Of a DNA stretch of 64,000 nucleotides, positions 12,301 to 25,800 are shown in pieces. Under the pieces are notes generated by a model. The model had not been told where the DNA came from. It did not search any database and saw only the letters and a list, made by a program, of their open reading frames with translations. The translations under genes were made by a program, and so were the position numbers. Positions within the stretch are counted from its first letter, which is position 1. The number at the start of each line of letters is the position of its first letter. Source of the stretch: Balanoglossus misakiensis (Eukaryota > Animalia > Hemichordata); assembly GCA_040954595.2 (NCBI GenBank), contig CM082591.2:4015957-4079956 (forward strand). Reading direction: 5' to 3'.

Positions 12301-13821
12301 TGCGGTGCAAATAAGATCATGGTAGTTAGTGTATGCTGCAATATAGTGCGTAAATTTCCGACTGTTTCTAGTACACATCGTGATGGCGAAGGGGTCAGGA
12401 AGGCTAGGCTTTTACCTGAAGGTGTCAACTGATGTTGGTTCGAGACCACTTTTTTTTCTATTTCTTTTTTTTGAGAACTTTTAACGACATTATCATTGTA
12501 ATTTTTATCATTTTCATAAATCCAATTCATTTCAATATCTACGCTGCGTTTTTTATCTGTCGGGTATATGAAACATGCAGGGAAACTTGGTCATTTTTTT
12601 TGTCGCTGTTCACTTGGGCAAGTCTGAATACGGAGTGCTCAGGAGAGAGAAAGATAAACTCGCTAAAACCGTGTCTTTCCGTCCGCATGACCAACAAAGG
12701 AGCGAAAAAGTCGTTATTTGGGCCGTAATAAAACGTTTTTGTCGTCGAGGAGTGAATAAAGAACGGTCAGATCGTTGCTGGCAGAACTCTTATTCGCACC
12801 GCTGCGGTGAACTCTTATTTTGCACCGCTGCGGTGCAAATAAGAATTTGCCCGCTGCGGTGCAAATAAGATCATGGTAGTTAGTGTATGCTGCAATATAG
12901 TGCGTAAATTTCCGACTGTTTCTAGTACACATCGTGATGGCGAAGGGGTCAGGAAGGCTAGGCTTTTACCAGAAGGTGTCAACTGATGTTGGTTCGAGAC
13001 CACTTTTTTTTCTATTTCTTTTTTTTGAGAACTTTTAACGACATTATCATTGTAATTTTTATCATTTTCATAAATCCAATTCATTTCAATATCTACGCTG
13101 CGTTTTTTATCTGTCGGGTATATGAAACATGCAGGGGAACTTGGTCATTTTTTTTGTCGCGGTTCACTTGGGCAAGTCTGAATACGGAGTGCTCAGGAGA
13201 GAGAAAGATAAACTCGCTAAAACCGTGTCTTTCCGTCCGCATGACCAACAAAGGAGCGAAAAAGTCGTTATTTGGGCCGTAATAAAACGTTTTTGTCGTC
13301 GAGGAGTGAATAAAGAACGGTCAGATCGTTGCTGGCAGAACTCTTATTCGCACCGCTGCGGTGAACTCTTATTTGCACCGCTGCGGTGCAAATAAGAATT
13401 TGCCCGCTGCGGTGCAAATAAGATCATGGTAGTTAGTGTATGCTGCAATATAGTGCGTAAATTTCCGACTGTTTCTAGTACACATCGTGATGGCGAAGGG
13501 GTCAGGAAGGCTAGGCTTTTACCTGAAGGTGTCAACTGATGTTGGTTCGAGACCACTTTTTTTTCTATTTCTTTTTTTTGAGAACTTTTAACGACATTAT
13601 CATTGTAATTTTTATCATTTTCATAAATCCAATTCATTTCAATATCTACGCTGCGTTTTTTATCTGTCGGGTATAAGAAACATGCAGGGAAACTTGGTCA
13701 TTTTTTTGTCGCGGTTCACTTAGGCAAGTCTGAATACGGAGTGCTCAGGAGAGAGAAAGATAAACTCGCTAAAACCGTGTCTTTCCGTCCGCATGACCAA
13801 CCAAGGAGCGAAAAAGTCGTT

Positions 13822-16800
13822 ATTTTGATGTTTCGCAAAGTCAAAAAATTGTCATTTTTGGATGATTTTCATGAGCTATAACCCATGGTTTTTTTTTAAA
13901 AATGAAGAAATTTTGATATTTCGCAAAGTCGAAAAATTGTCATTTTCGGATGATTTTCATGAGCTATAACCCATGGTTTTTAAAAAAAAATGAAGAAATT
14001 TTGATATTACGCAAAGTCGAAAAATTGTCATTTTCGGATGATTTTCAGGAGCTATAACCCATGGTTTTTTCAAAAAAGTGAAGAAATTTTGATATTTCGC
14101 AAAGTCGAAAAATTGTCATTTTTGGATGATTTTCATGAGCTATAACCCATGGTTTTTTCAAAAAAATGAAGAAATTTTGATATTTCGCAAAGTCGAAAAA
14201 TAGTCGTTTTTGGATGATTTTCATGAGCTATAACCCATGGTTTTTTCAAAAAAATGAAGAAATTTTGATATCTCGCAAAGTCGAAAAATTGTCATTTTTG
14301 GATGATTTTCATGAGCTATAACCCATGGTTTTTTCAAAAAAGTGAAGAAATTTTGATATTTCGCAAAGTCGAAAAATTGTCATTTTTGGATGATTTTCAT
14401 GAGCTATAACCCATGGTTTTTTCAAAAAAGTGAAGAAATTTTGATATTTCGCAAAGTCGAAAAATTGTTATTTTTGGATGATTTTCATGAGCTATAACCC
14501 ATGGTTTTTTCAAAAAAGTGAAGAAATTTTGATATTTCGCAAAGTCGAAAAATTGTCATTTTTGGATGATTTTCATGAGCTATAACCCATGGTTTTTTCA
14601 AAAAAGTGAAGAAATTTTGATATTTCGCAAAGTCGAAAAATTGTAATTTTCGGATGATTTTCATGAGCTATAACCCATGGTTTTTAAAAAAAAATGAAGA
14701 AATTTTGATATTACGCAAAGTCGAAAAATTGTCATTTTCGGATGATTTTCAGGAGCTATAACCCATGGTTTTTTCAAAAAAATGAAGAAATTTTGATATT
14801 TCGCAAAGTCGAAAAATTGTCATTTTCGGATGATTTTCATGAGCTATAACCCATGGTTTTTTCAAAAAAATGAAGAAATTTTGATATTTCGCAAAGTCGA
14901 AAAATTGTCATTTTCGGATGATTTTCATGAGCTATAACCCATGGTTTTTTCAAAAAAATGAAGAAATTTTGATATTTCGCAAAGTCGAAAAATTGTCATT
15001 TTCGGATGATTTTCATGAGCTATAACCCATGGTTTTTTTTAAAAAAATGAAGAAATTTTGATATTTCGCAAAGTCGAAAAATTGTCATTTTTGGATGATT
15101 TTCATGAGCTATCACCCATGGTTTTTTCAAAAAAGTGAAGAAATTTTGATATTTCGCAAAGTCGAAAAATTGTCACTTTTGGATGATTTTCATGAGCTAT
15201 AACCCATGGTTTTTTCAAAAAAAATGAAGAAATTTTGATATTTCGCAAAGTCGAAAAATTGTCATTTTTGGATGATTTTCATGAGCTATAACCCATGGTT
15301 TTTTCAAAAAAATGAAGAAATTTTGATATTTCGCAAAGTCGAAAAATAGTCGTTTTTGGATGATTTTCATGAGCTATAACCCATGGTTTTTTCAAAAAAA
15401 TGAAGAAATTTTGATATCTCGCAAAGTCGAAAAATTGTCATTTTTGGATGATTTTCATGAGCTATAACCCATGGTTTTTTCAAAAAAGTGAAGAAATTTT
15501 GATATTTCGCAAAGTCGAAAAGTTGTCATTTTTGGATGATTTTCATGAGCTATAACCCATGGTTTTTTCAAAAAAGTGAAGAAATTTTGATATTTCGCAA
15601 AGTCGAAAAATTGTCATTTTTGGATGATTTTCATGAGCTATAACCCATGGTTTTTTCAAAAAAGTGAAGAAATTTTGATATTTCGCAAAGTCGAAAAATT
15701 GTCATTTTTGGATGATTTTCATGAGCTATAACCCATGGTTTTTTCAAAAAAGTGAAGAAATTTTGATATTTCGCAAAGTCGAAAAATTGTCATTTTTGGA
15801 TGATTTTCATGAGCTATAACCCATGGTTTTTTCAAAAAAATGAAGAAATTTTGATATTTCGCAAAGTCGAAAAATTGTCATTTTTGGATGATTTTCATGA
15901 GCTATAACCCATGTTTTTTTCAAAAAAATGAAGAAATTTTGATATTTCGCAAAGTCGAAAAATTGTCATTTTTGGATGATTTTCATGAGCTATAACCCAT
16001 GGTTTTTTCAAAAAATGAAGAAATTTTGATATTTCGCAAAGTCGAAAAATAGTCATTTTTGGATGATTTTCATGAGCTATAACCCATGGTTTTTTCAAAA
16101 AAATGAAGAAATTTTGATATTTCGCAAAGTCGAAAAATTGTCATTTTTGGATGATTTTCATGAGCTATAACCCATGGTTTTTTCAAAAAAATGAAGAAAT
16201 TTTGATATTTCGCAAAGTCGAAAAATAGTCGTTTTTGGATGATTTTCATGAGCTATAACCCATGGTTTTTTCAAAAAAATGAAGAAATTTTGATATCTCG
16301 CAAAGTCGAAAAATTGTCATTTTTGGATGATTTTCATGAGCTATAACCCATGGTTTTTTCAAAAAAGTGAAGAAATTTTGATATTTCGCAAAGTCGAAAA
16401 ATTGTCATTTTTGGATGATTTTCATGAGCTATAACCCATGGTTTTTTCAAAAAAGTGAAGAAATTTTGATATTTCGCAAAGTCGAAAAATTGTCATTTTT
16501 GGATGATTTTCATGAGCTATAACCCATGGTTTTTTCAAAAAAGTGAAGAAATTTTGATATTTCGCAAAGTCGAAAAATTGTCATTTTTGGATGATTTTCA
16601 TGAGCTATAACCCATGGTTTTTTCAAAAAAGTGAAGAAATTTTGATATTTCGCAAAGTCGAAAAATTGTAATTTTCGGATGATTTTCATGAGCTATAACC
16701 CATGGTTTTTAAAAAAAAATGAAGAAATTTTGATATTACGCAAAGTCGAAAAATTGTCATTTTCGGATGATTTTCAGGAGCTATAACCCATGGTTTTTTC

Positions 16801-19800
16801 AAAAAAATGAAGAAATTTTGATATTTCGCAAAGTCGAAAAATTGTCATTTTCGGATGATTTTCAGGAGCTATAACCCATGGTTTTTTCAAAAAAATGAAG
16901 AAATTTTGATATTTCGCAAAGTCGAAAAATTGTCATTTTCGGATGATTTTCATGAGCTATAACCCATGGTTTTTTTTAAAAAAATGAAGAAATTTTGATA
17001 TTACGCAAAGTCGAAAAATTGTCATTTTCGGATGATTTTCAGGAGCTATAACCCATGGTTTTTTCAAAAAAATGAAGAAATTTTGATATTTCGCAAAGTC
17101 GAAAAATTGTCATTTTCGGATGATTTTCATGAGCTATAACCCATGGTTTTTTCAAAAAAATGAAGAAATTTTGATATTTCGCAAAGTCGAAAAATTGTCA
17201 TTTTCGGATGATTTTCATGAGCTATAACCCATGGTTTTTTTTAAAAAAATGAAGAAATTTTGATATTACGCAAAGTCGAAAAATTGTCATTTTCGGATGA
17301 TTTTCAGGAGCTATAACCCATGGTTTTTTCAAAAAAATGAAGAAATTTTGATATTTCGCAAAGTCGAAAAATTGTCATTTTCGGATGATTTTCATGAGCT
17401 ATAACCCATGGTTTTTTCAAAAAAATGAAGAAATTTTGATATTTCGCAAAGTCGAAAAGTTGTCATTTTTGGATGATTTTCATGAGCTATAACCCATGGT
17501 TTTTTCAAAAAAGTGAAGAAATTTTGATATTTCGCAAAGTCGAAAAATTGTCATTTTTGGATGATTTTCATGAGCTATAACCCATGGTTTTTTCAAAAAA
17601 GTGAAGAAATTTTGATATTTCGCAAAGTCGAAAAATTGTCATTTTTGGATGATTTTCATGAGCTATAACCCATGGTTTTTTCAAAAAAGTGAAGAAATTT
17701 TGATATTTCGCAAAGTCGAAAAATTGTAATTTTTGGATTATTTTCATGAGCTATAACCCATGGTTTTTTCAAAAAAATGAAGAAATTTTGATATTTCGCA
17801 AAGTCGAAAAATTGTCATTTTTGGATGATTTTCATGAGCTATAACCCATGTTTTTTTCAAAAAAATGAAGAAATTTTGATATTTCGCAAAGTCGAAAAAT
17901 TGTCATTTTTGGATGATTTTCATGAGCTATAACCCATGGTTTTTTCAAAAAAATGAAGAAATTTTGATATTTCGCAAAGTCGAAAAATAGTCATTTTTGG
18001 ATGATTTTCATGAGCTATAACCCATGGTTTTTTCAAAAAAATGAAGAAATTTTGATATTTCGCAAAGTCGAAAAATAGTCATTTTTGGATGATTTTCATG
18101 AGCTATAACCCATGGTTTTTCCAAAAAAATGAAGAAATTTTGATATTTCGCAAAGTCGAAAAATTGTCATTTTTGGATGATTTTCATGAGCTATAACCCA
18201 TGGTTTTTTCAAAAAAATGAAGAAATTTTGAAATCTCGCAAAGTCGAAAAATTGTCATTTTTGGATGATTTTCATGAGCTATAACCCATGGTTTTTTCAA
18301 AAAAATGAAGAAATTTTGATATCTCGCAAAGTCGAAAAATTGTCATTTTTGGATGATTTTCATGAGCTATAACCCATGGTTTTTTCAAAAAAATGAAGAA
18401 ATTTTGATATTTCGCAAAGTCGAAAAATTGTCATTTTTGGATGATTTTCATGAGCTATAACCCATGGTTTTTTCAAAAAAATGAAGAAATTTTGATATCT
18501 CGCAAAGTCGAAAAATTGTCATTTTTGGATGATTTTCATGAGCTATAACCCATGGTTTTTTCAAAAAAATGAAGAAATTTTGATATTTCGCAAAGTCGAA
18601 AAATTGTCATTTTTGGATGATTTTCATGAGCTATAACCCATGGTTTTTTCAAAAAAATGAAGAAATTTTGATATTTCGCAAAGTCGAAAAATTGTCATTT
18701 TGGGATGATTTTCATGAGCAATAACCCATGGTTTTTTCAAAAAAATGAAGAAATTTTGATATTTCGCAAAGTCGAAAAATTGTCATTTTTGGATGATTTT
18801 CATGAGCTATAACCCATGGTTTTTTCAAAAAAATGAAGAAATTTTGATATTTCGCAAAGTCGAAAAATTGTCATTTTTGGATGATTTTCATGAGCTATAA
18901 CCCATGGTTTTTTAAAAAAAATGAAGAAATTTTGATATTTCGCAAAGTCGAAAAATTGTCATTTTTGGATGATTTTCATGAGCTATAACCCATGGTTTTT
19001 TCAAAAAAATGAAGAAATTTTGATATTTCGCAAAGTCGAAAAATTGTCATTTTTGGATGATTTTCATGAGCTATAACCCATGGTTTTTTCAAAAAAATGA
19101 AGAAATTTTGATATTTCGCAAAGTCGAAAAATTGTCATTTTTGGATGATTTTCATGAGCTATAACCCATGGTTTTTTCAAAAAAATGAAGAAATTTTGAT
19201 ATTTCGCAAAGTCGAAAAATTGTCATTTTTGGATGATTTTCATGAGCTATAACCCATGGTTTTTTCAAAAAAAGTGAAGAAATTTTGATATTTCGCAAAG
19301 TCGCAAAATTGTCATTTTTGGATGATTTTCATGAGCTATAACCCATGGTTTTTTCAAAAAATGAAGAAATTTTGATATTTCGCAAAGTCGAAAAATTGTC
19401 ATTTTTGGATGATTTTCATGAGCTATAACCCATGGTTTTTTCAAAAAAATGAAGAAATTTTGATATTTCGCAAAGTCGAAAAATAGTCATTTTTGGATGA
19501 TTTTCATGAGCTATAACCCATGGTTTTTTCAAAAAAATGAAGAAATTTTGATATTTCGCAAAGTCGAAAAATAGTCATTTTTGGATGATTTTCATGAGCT
19601 ATAACCCATGGTTTTTCCAAAAAAATGAAGAAATTTTGATATTTCGCAAAGTCGAAAAATTGTCATTTTTGGATGATTTTCATGAGCTATAACCCATGGT
19701 TTTTTCAAAAAAATGAAGAAATTTTGAAATCTCGCAAAGTCGAAAAATTGTCATTTTTGGATGTTTTTCATAAGCTATAACCCATGGTTTTTTCAAAAAA

Positions 19801-22800
19801 ATGAAGAAATTTTGATATCTCGCAAAGTCGAAAAATTGTCATTTTTGGATGATTTTCATGAGCTATAACCCATGGTTTTTTAAAAAAAATGAAGAAATTT
19901 TGATATCTCGCAAAGTCGAAAAATTGTCATTTTTGGATGATTTTCATGAGCTATAACCCATGGTTTTTTCAAAAAAATGAAGAAATTTTGATATTTCGCA
20001 AAGTCGAAAAATTGTCATTTTTGGATGATTTTCATGAGCTATAACCCATGGTTTTTTCAAAAAAATGAAGAAATTTTGATATTTCGCAAAGTCGAAAAAT
20101 TGTCATTTTTGGATGATTTTCATGAGCTATAACCCATGGTTTTTTCAAAAAAATGAAGAAATTTTGATATTTCGCAAAGTCGAAAAATTGTCATTTTTGG
20201 ATGATTTTCATAAGCTATAACCCATGGTTTTTTCAAAAAAATGAAGAAATTTTGATATCTCGCAAAGTCGAAAAATTGTCATTTTTGGATGATTTTCATG
20301 AGCTATAACCCATGGTTTTTTCAAAAAAATGAAGAAATTTTGATATTTCGCAAAGTCGAAAAATTGTCATTTTTGGATGATTTTCATGAGCTATAACCCA
20401 TGGTTTTTTCAAAAAAATGAAGAAATTTTGATATTTCGCAAAGTCGAAAAATTGTCATTTTTGGATGATTTTCATGAGCTATAACCCATGGTTTTTTCAA
20501 AAAAATGAAGAAATTTTGATATTTCGCAAAGTCGAAAAATTGTCATTTTTGGTTGATTTTCATGAGCTATAACCCATGGTTTTTTCAAAAAAATGAAGAA
20601 ATTTTGATATTTCGCAAAGTCGAAAAATTGTCATTTTTGGATGATTTTCATGAGCTATAACCCATGGTTTTTTCAAAAAAATGAAGAAATTTTGATATCT
20701 CGCAAAGTCGAAAAATTGTCATTTTTGGATGATTTTCATGAGCTATAACCCATGGTTTTTTCAAAAAAATGAAGAAATTTTGATATTTCGCAAAGTCGAA
20801 AAATTGTCATTTTTGGATGATTTTCATGAGCTATAACCCATGGTTTTTTCAAAAAAATGAAGAAATTTTGATATTTCGCAAAGTCGAAAAATTGTCATTT
20901 TTGGATGATTTTCATGAGCTATAACCCATGGTTTTTTCAAAAAAATGAAGAAATTTTGATATTTCGCAAAGTCGAAAAATTGTCATTTTTGGATGATTTT
21001 CATAAGCTATAACCCATGGTTTTTTCAAAAAAATGAAGAAATTTTGATATCTCGCAAAGTCGAAAAATTGTCATTTTTGGATGATTTTCATGAGCTATAA
21101 CCCATGGTTTTTTCAAAAAAATGAAGAAATTTTGATATTTCGCAAAGTCGAAAAATTGTCATTTTTGGATGATTTTCATGAGCTATAACCCATGGTTTTT
21201 TCAAAAAAATGAAGAAATTTTGATATTTCGCAAAGTCGAAAAATTGTCATTTTTGGATGATTTTCATGAGCTATAACCCATGGTTTTTTCAAAAAAATGA
21301 AGAAATTTTGATATTTCGCAAAGTCGAAAAATTGTCATTTTTGGATGATTTTCATGAGCTATAACCCATGGTTTTTTCAAAAAAAGTGAAGAAATTTTGA
21401 TATTTCGCAAAGTCGAAAAATTGTCATTTTTGGATGATTTTCATGAGCTATAACCCATGGTTTTTTCAAAAAATGAAGAAATTTTGATATTTCGCAAAGT
21501 CGAAAAGTTGTCATTTTTGGATGATTTTCATGAGCTATAACCCATGGTTTTTTCAAAAAAATGAAGAAATTTTGATATTTCGCAAAGTCGAAAAATTGTC
21601 ATTTTTGGATGATTTTCATGAGCTATAACCCATGTTTTTTTCAAAAAAATGAAGAAATTTTGATATTTCGCAAAGTCGAAAAATTGTCATTTTTGGATGA
21701 TTTTCATGAGCTATAACCCATGTTTTTTTCAAAAAAATGAAGAAATTTTGATATTTCGCAAAGTCGAAAAATTGTCATTTTTGGATGATTTTCATGAGCT
21801 ATAACCCATGGTTTTTTCAAAAAAATGAAGAAATTTTGATATTTCGCAAAGTCGAAAAATTGTCATTTTTGGATGATTTTCATGAGCTATAACCCATGGT
21901 TTTTTCAAAAAAATGAAGAAATTTTGATATTTCGCAAAGTCGAAAAATTGTCATTTTTGGATGATTTTCATGAGCTATAACCCATGGTTTTTTCAAAAAA
22001 ATGAAGAAATTTTGATATTTCGCAAAGTCGAAAAATTGTCATTTTTGGATGATTTTCATGAGCTATAACCCATGGTTTTTTCAAAAAAATGAAGAAATTT
22101 TGATATTTCGCAAAGTCGAAAAATTGTCATTTTTGGATGATTTTCATGAGCTATAACCCATGGTTTTTTCAAAAAAAGTGAAGAAATTTTGATATTTCGC
22201 AAAGTCGAAAAATTGTCATTTTTGGATGATTTTCATGAGCTATAACCCATGGTTTTTTCAAAAAAATGAAGAAATTTTGATATTTCGCAAAGTCGAAAAA
22301 TTGTCATTTTTGGATGATTTTCATGAGCTATAACCCATGGTTTTTTCAAAAAAATGAAGAAATTTTGATATTTCGCAAAGTCGAAAAATTGTCATTTTTG
22401 GATGATTTTCATGAGCTATAACCCATGTTTTTTTCAAAAAAATGAAGAAATTTTGATATTTCGCAAAGTCGAAAAATTGTCATTTTTGGATGATTTTCAT
22501 GAGCTATAACCCATGGTTTTTTCAAAAAAATGAAGAAATTTTGATATTTCGCAAAGTCGAAAAATTGTCATTTTTGGTTGATTTTCATGAGCTATAACCC
22601 ATGGTTTTTTCAAAAAAATGAAGAAATTTTGATATTTCGCAAAGTCGAAAAATTGTCATTTTTGGATGATTTTCATGAGCTATAACCCATGGTTTTTTCA
22701 TAAAAATGAAGAAATTTTGATATTTCGCAAAGTCGAAAAATTGTCATTTTTGGATGATTTTCATGAGCTATAACCCATGGTTTTTTCAAAAAAATGAAGA

Positions 22801-25800
22801 AATTTTGATATTTCGCAAAGTCGAAAAATTGTCATTTTTGGATGATTTTCATGAGCTATAACCCATGGTTTTTTCAAAAAAATGAAGAAATTTTGATATT
22901 TCGCAAAGTCGAAAAATTGTCATGTTTGGATGATTTTCATGAGCTATAACCCATGGTTTTTTCAAAAAAATGAAGAAATTTTGATATTTCGCAAAGTCGA
23001 AAAATTGTCATTTTTGGATGATTTTCATGAGCTATAACCCATGGTTTTTTCAAAAAAATGAAGAAATTTTGATATTTCGCAAAGTCGAAAAATTGTCATT
23101 TTTGGATGATTTTCATGAGCTATAACCCATGGTTTTTTCAAAAAAATGAAGAAATTTTGATATTTCGCAAAGTCGAAAAATTGTCATTTTTGGATGATTT
23201 TCATGAGCTATAACCCATGGTTTTTTCAAAAAAATGAAGAAATTTTGATATCTCGCAAAGTCGAAAAATTGTCATTTTTGGATGATTTTCATGAGCTATA
23301 ACCCATGGTTTTTTCAAAAAAATGAAGAAATTTTGATATCTCGCAAAGTCGAAAAATTGTCATTTTTGGATGATTTTCATGAGCTATAACCCATGGTTTT
23401 TTCAAAAAAATGAAGAAATTTTGATATCTCGCAAAGTCGAAAAATTGTCATTTTTGGATGATTTTCATGAGCTATAACCCATGGTTTTTTCAAAAAAATG
23501 AAGAAATTTTGATATCTCGCAAAGTCGACAAATTGTCATTTTTGGATGATTTTCATGAGCTATAACCCATGGTTTTTTCTAAAAAATGAAGAAATTTTGA
23601 TATCTCGCAAAGTCGAAAAATTGTCATTTTTGGATGATTTTCATGAGCTATAACCCATGGTTTTTTCTAAAAAATGAAGAAATTTTGATATCTCGCAAAG
23701 TCGAAAAATTGTCATTTTTGGATGATTTTCATGAGCTATAACCCATGGTTTTTTCAAAAAAATGAAGAAATTTTGATATCTCGCAAAGTCGAAAAATTGT
23801 CATTTTTGGATGATTTTCATGAGCTATAACCCATGTTTTTTTCAAAAAAATGAAGAAATTTTGATATTTCGCAAAGTCGAAAAATTGTCATTTTTGGATG
23901 ATTTTCATGAGCTATAACCCATGGTTTTTTCAAAAAAATGCAGAAATTTTGATATTTCGCAAAGTCGAAAAATTGTCATTTTTGGATGATTTTCATGAGC
24001 TATAACCCATGTTTTTTTCAAAAAAATGAAGAAATTTTGATATCTCGCAAAGTCGAAAAATTGTCATTTTTGGATGATTTTCATGAGCTATAACCCATGG
24101 TTTTTTCAAAAAAATGAAGAAATTTTGATATCTCGCAAAGTCGAAAAATTGTCATTTTTGGATGATTTTCACGAGCTATAACCCATGGTTTTTTCAAAAA
24201 AATGAAGAAATTTTGATATCTCGCAAAGTCGAAAAATTGTCATTTTTGGATGATTTTCATGAGCTATAACCCATGGTTTTTTCAAAAAAATGAAGAAATT
24301 TTGATATCTCGCAAAGTCGACAAATTGTCATTTTTGGATGATTTTCATGAGCTATAACCCATGGTTTTTTCTAAAAAATGAAGAAATTTTGATATCTCGC
24401 AAAGTCGAAAAATTGTCATTTTTGGATGATTTTCATGAGCTATAACCCATGGTTTTTTCTAAAAAATGAAGAAATTTTGATATCTCGCAAAGTCGAAAAA
24501 TTGTCATTTTTGGATGATTTTCATGAGCTATAACCCATGGTTTTTTCAAAAAAATGAAGAAATTTTGATATCTCGCAAAGTCGAAAAATTGTCATTTTTG
24601 GATGATTTTCATGAGCTATAACCCATGTTTTTTTCAAAAAAATGAAGAAATTTTGATATCTCGCAAAGTCGAAAAATTGTCATTTTTGGATGATTTTCAT
24701 GAGCTATAACCCATGGTTTTTTCAAAAAAATGCAGAAATTTTGATATTTCGCAAAGTCGAAAAATTGTCATTTTTGGATGATTTTCATGAGCTATAACCC
24801 ATGGTTTTTTCAAAAAAATGAAGAAATTTTGATATTTCGCAAAGTCGAAAAATTGTCATTTTTGGATGATTTTCATGAGCTATAACCCATGGTTTTTTCA
24901 AAAAAAATGAAGAAATTTTGATATTTCGCAAAGTCGAAAAATTGTCATTTTTGGATGATTTTCATGAGCTATAACCCATGGTTTTTTCAAAAAAATGAAG
25001 AAATTTTGATATTTCGCAAAGTCGAAAAATTGTCATTTTTGGATGATTTTCATGAGCTATAACCCATGGTTTTTTCAAAAAAATGAAGAAATTTTGATAT
25101 TTCGCAAAGTCGAAAAATTGTCATTTTTGGATGATTTTCATGAGCTATAACCCATGGTTTTTTCAAAAAAATGAAGAAATTTTGATATTTCGCAAAGTCG
25201 AAAAATTGTCATTTTTGGATGATTTTCATGAGCTATAACCAATGGTTTTTTCAAAAAAATGAAGAAATTTTGATATTTCGCAAAGTCGAAAAATTGTCAT
25301 TTTTGGATGATTTTCATGAGCTATAACCCATGGTTTTTTCAAAAAAATGAAGAAATTTTGATATTTCGCAAAGTCGAAAAATTGTCATTTTTGGATGATT
25401 TTCATGAGCTATAACCCATGGTTTTTTCAAAAAAATGAAGAAATTTTGATATTTCGCAAAGTCGAAAAATTGTCATTTTTGGATGATTTTCATGAGCTAT
25501 AACCCATGGTTTTTACAAAAAAATGAAGAAATTTTGATATTTCGCAAAGTCGAAAAATTGTCATTTTTGGTTGATTTTCATGAGCTATAACCCATGGTTT
25601 TTTCAAAAAAATGAAGAAATTTTGATATTTCGCAAAGTCGAAAAATTGTCATTTTTGGATGATTTTCATGAGCTATAACCCATGGTTTTTTCAAAAAAAT
25701 GAAGAAATTTTGATATTTCGCAAAGTCGAAAAATTGTCATTTTTGGATGATTTTCATGAGCTATAACCCATGGTTTTTTCAAAAAAATGAAGAAATTTTG

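Larger units (their letters stand above)
5997..13825. repeat. ~553-bp tandem array (14 full units plus an 88-nt partial) nested in the 88-bp satellite
   Basis: GGAGTGCTCAGG recurs at 5997, 6552, 7104, 7656, 8209, 8763, 9315, 9868, 10421, 10973, 11526, 12079, 12632, 13186 and 13738 (spacing 552-555). Copies differ mainly in homopolymer length and a few SNPs. Confidence 0.98.

Noticed and set aside
6000-13637. The many 64-136-aa ORFs repeated through the 553-bp array
   Set aside because: Frames shift between copies with homopolymer indels, one copy has a stop, and there are no recognisable domains or splice structure; they are by-products of the repeat.
5997-13825. TRIM or LTR tandem array, suggested by the terminal direct repeat
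   Set aside because: No TG...CA ends, no target-site duplication, and no clear primer-binding site or polypurine tract at the expected positions.
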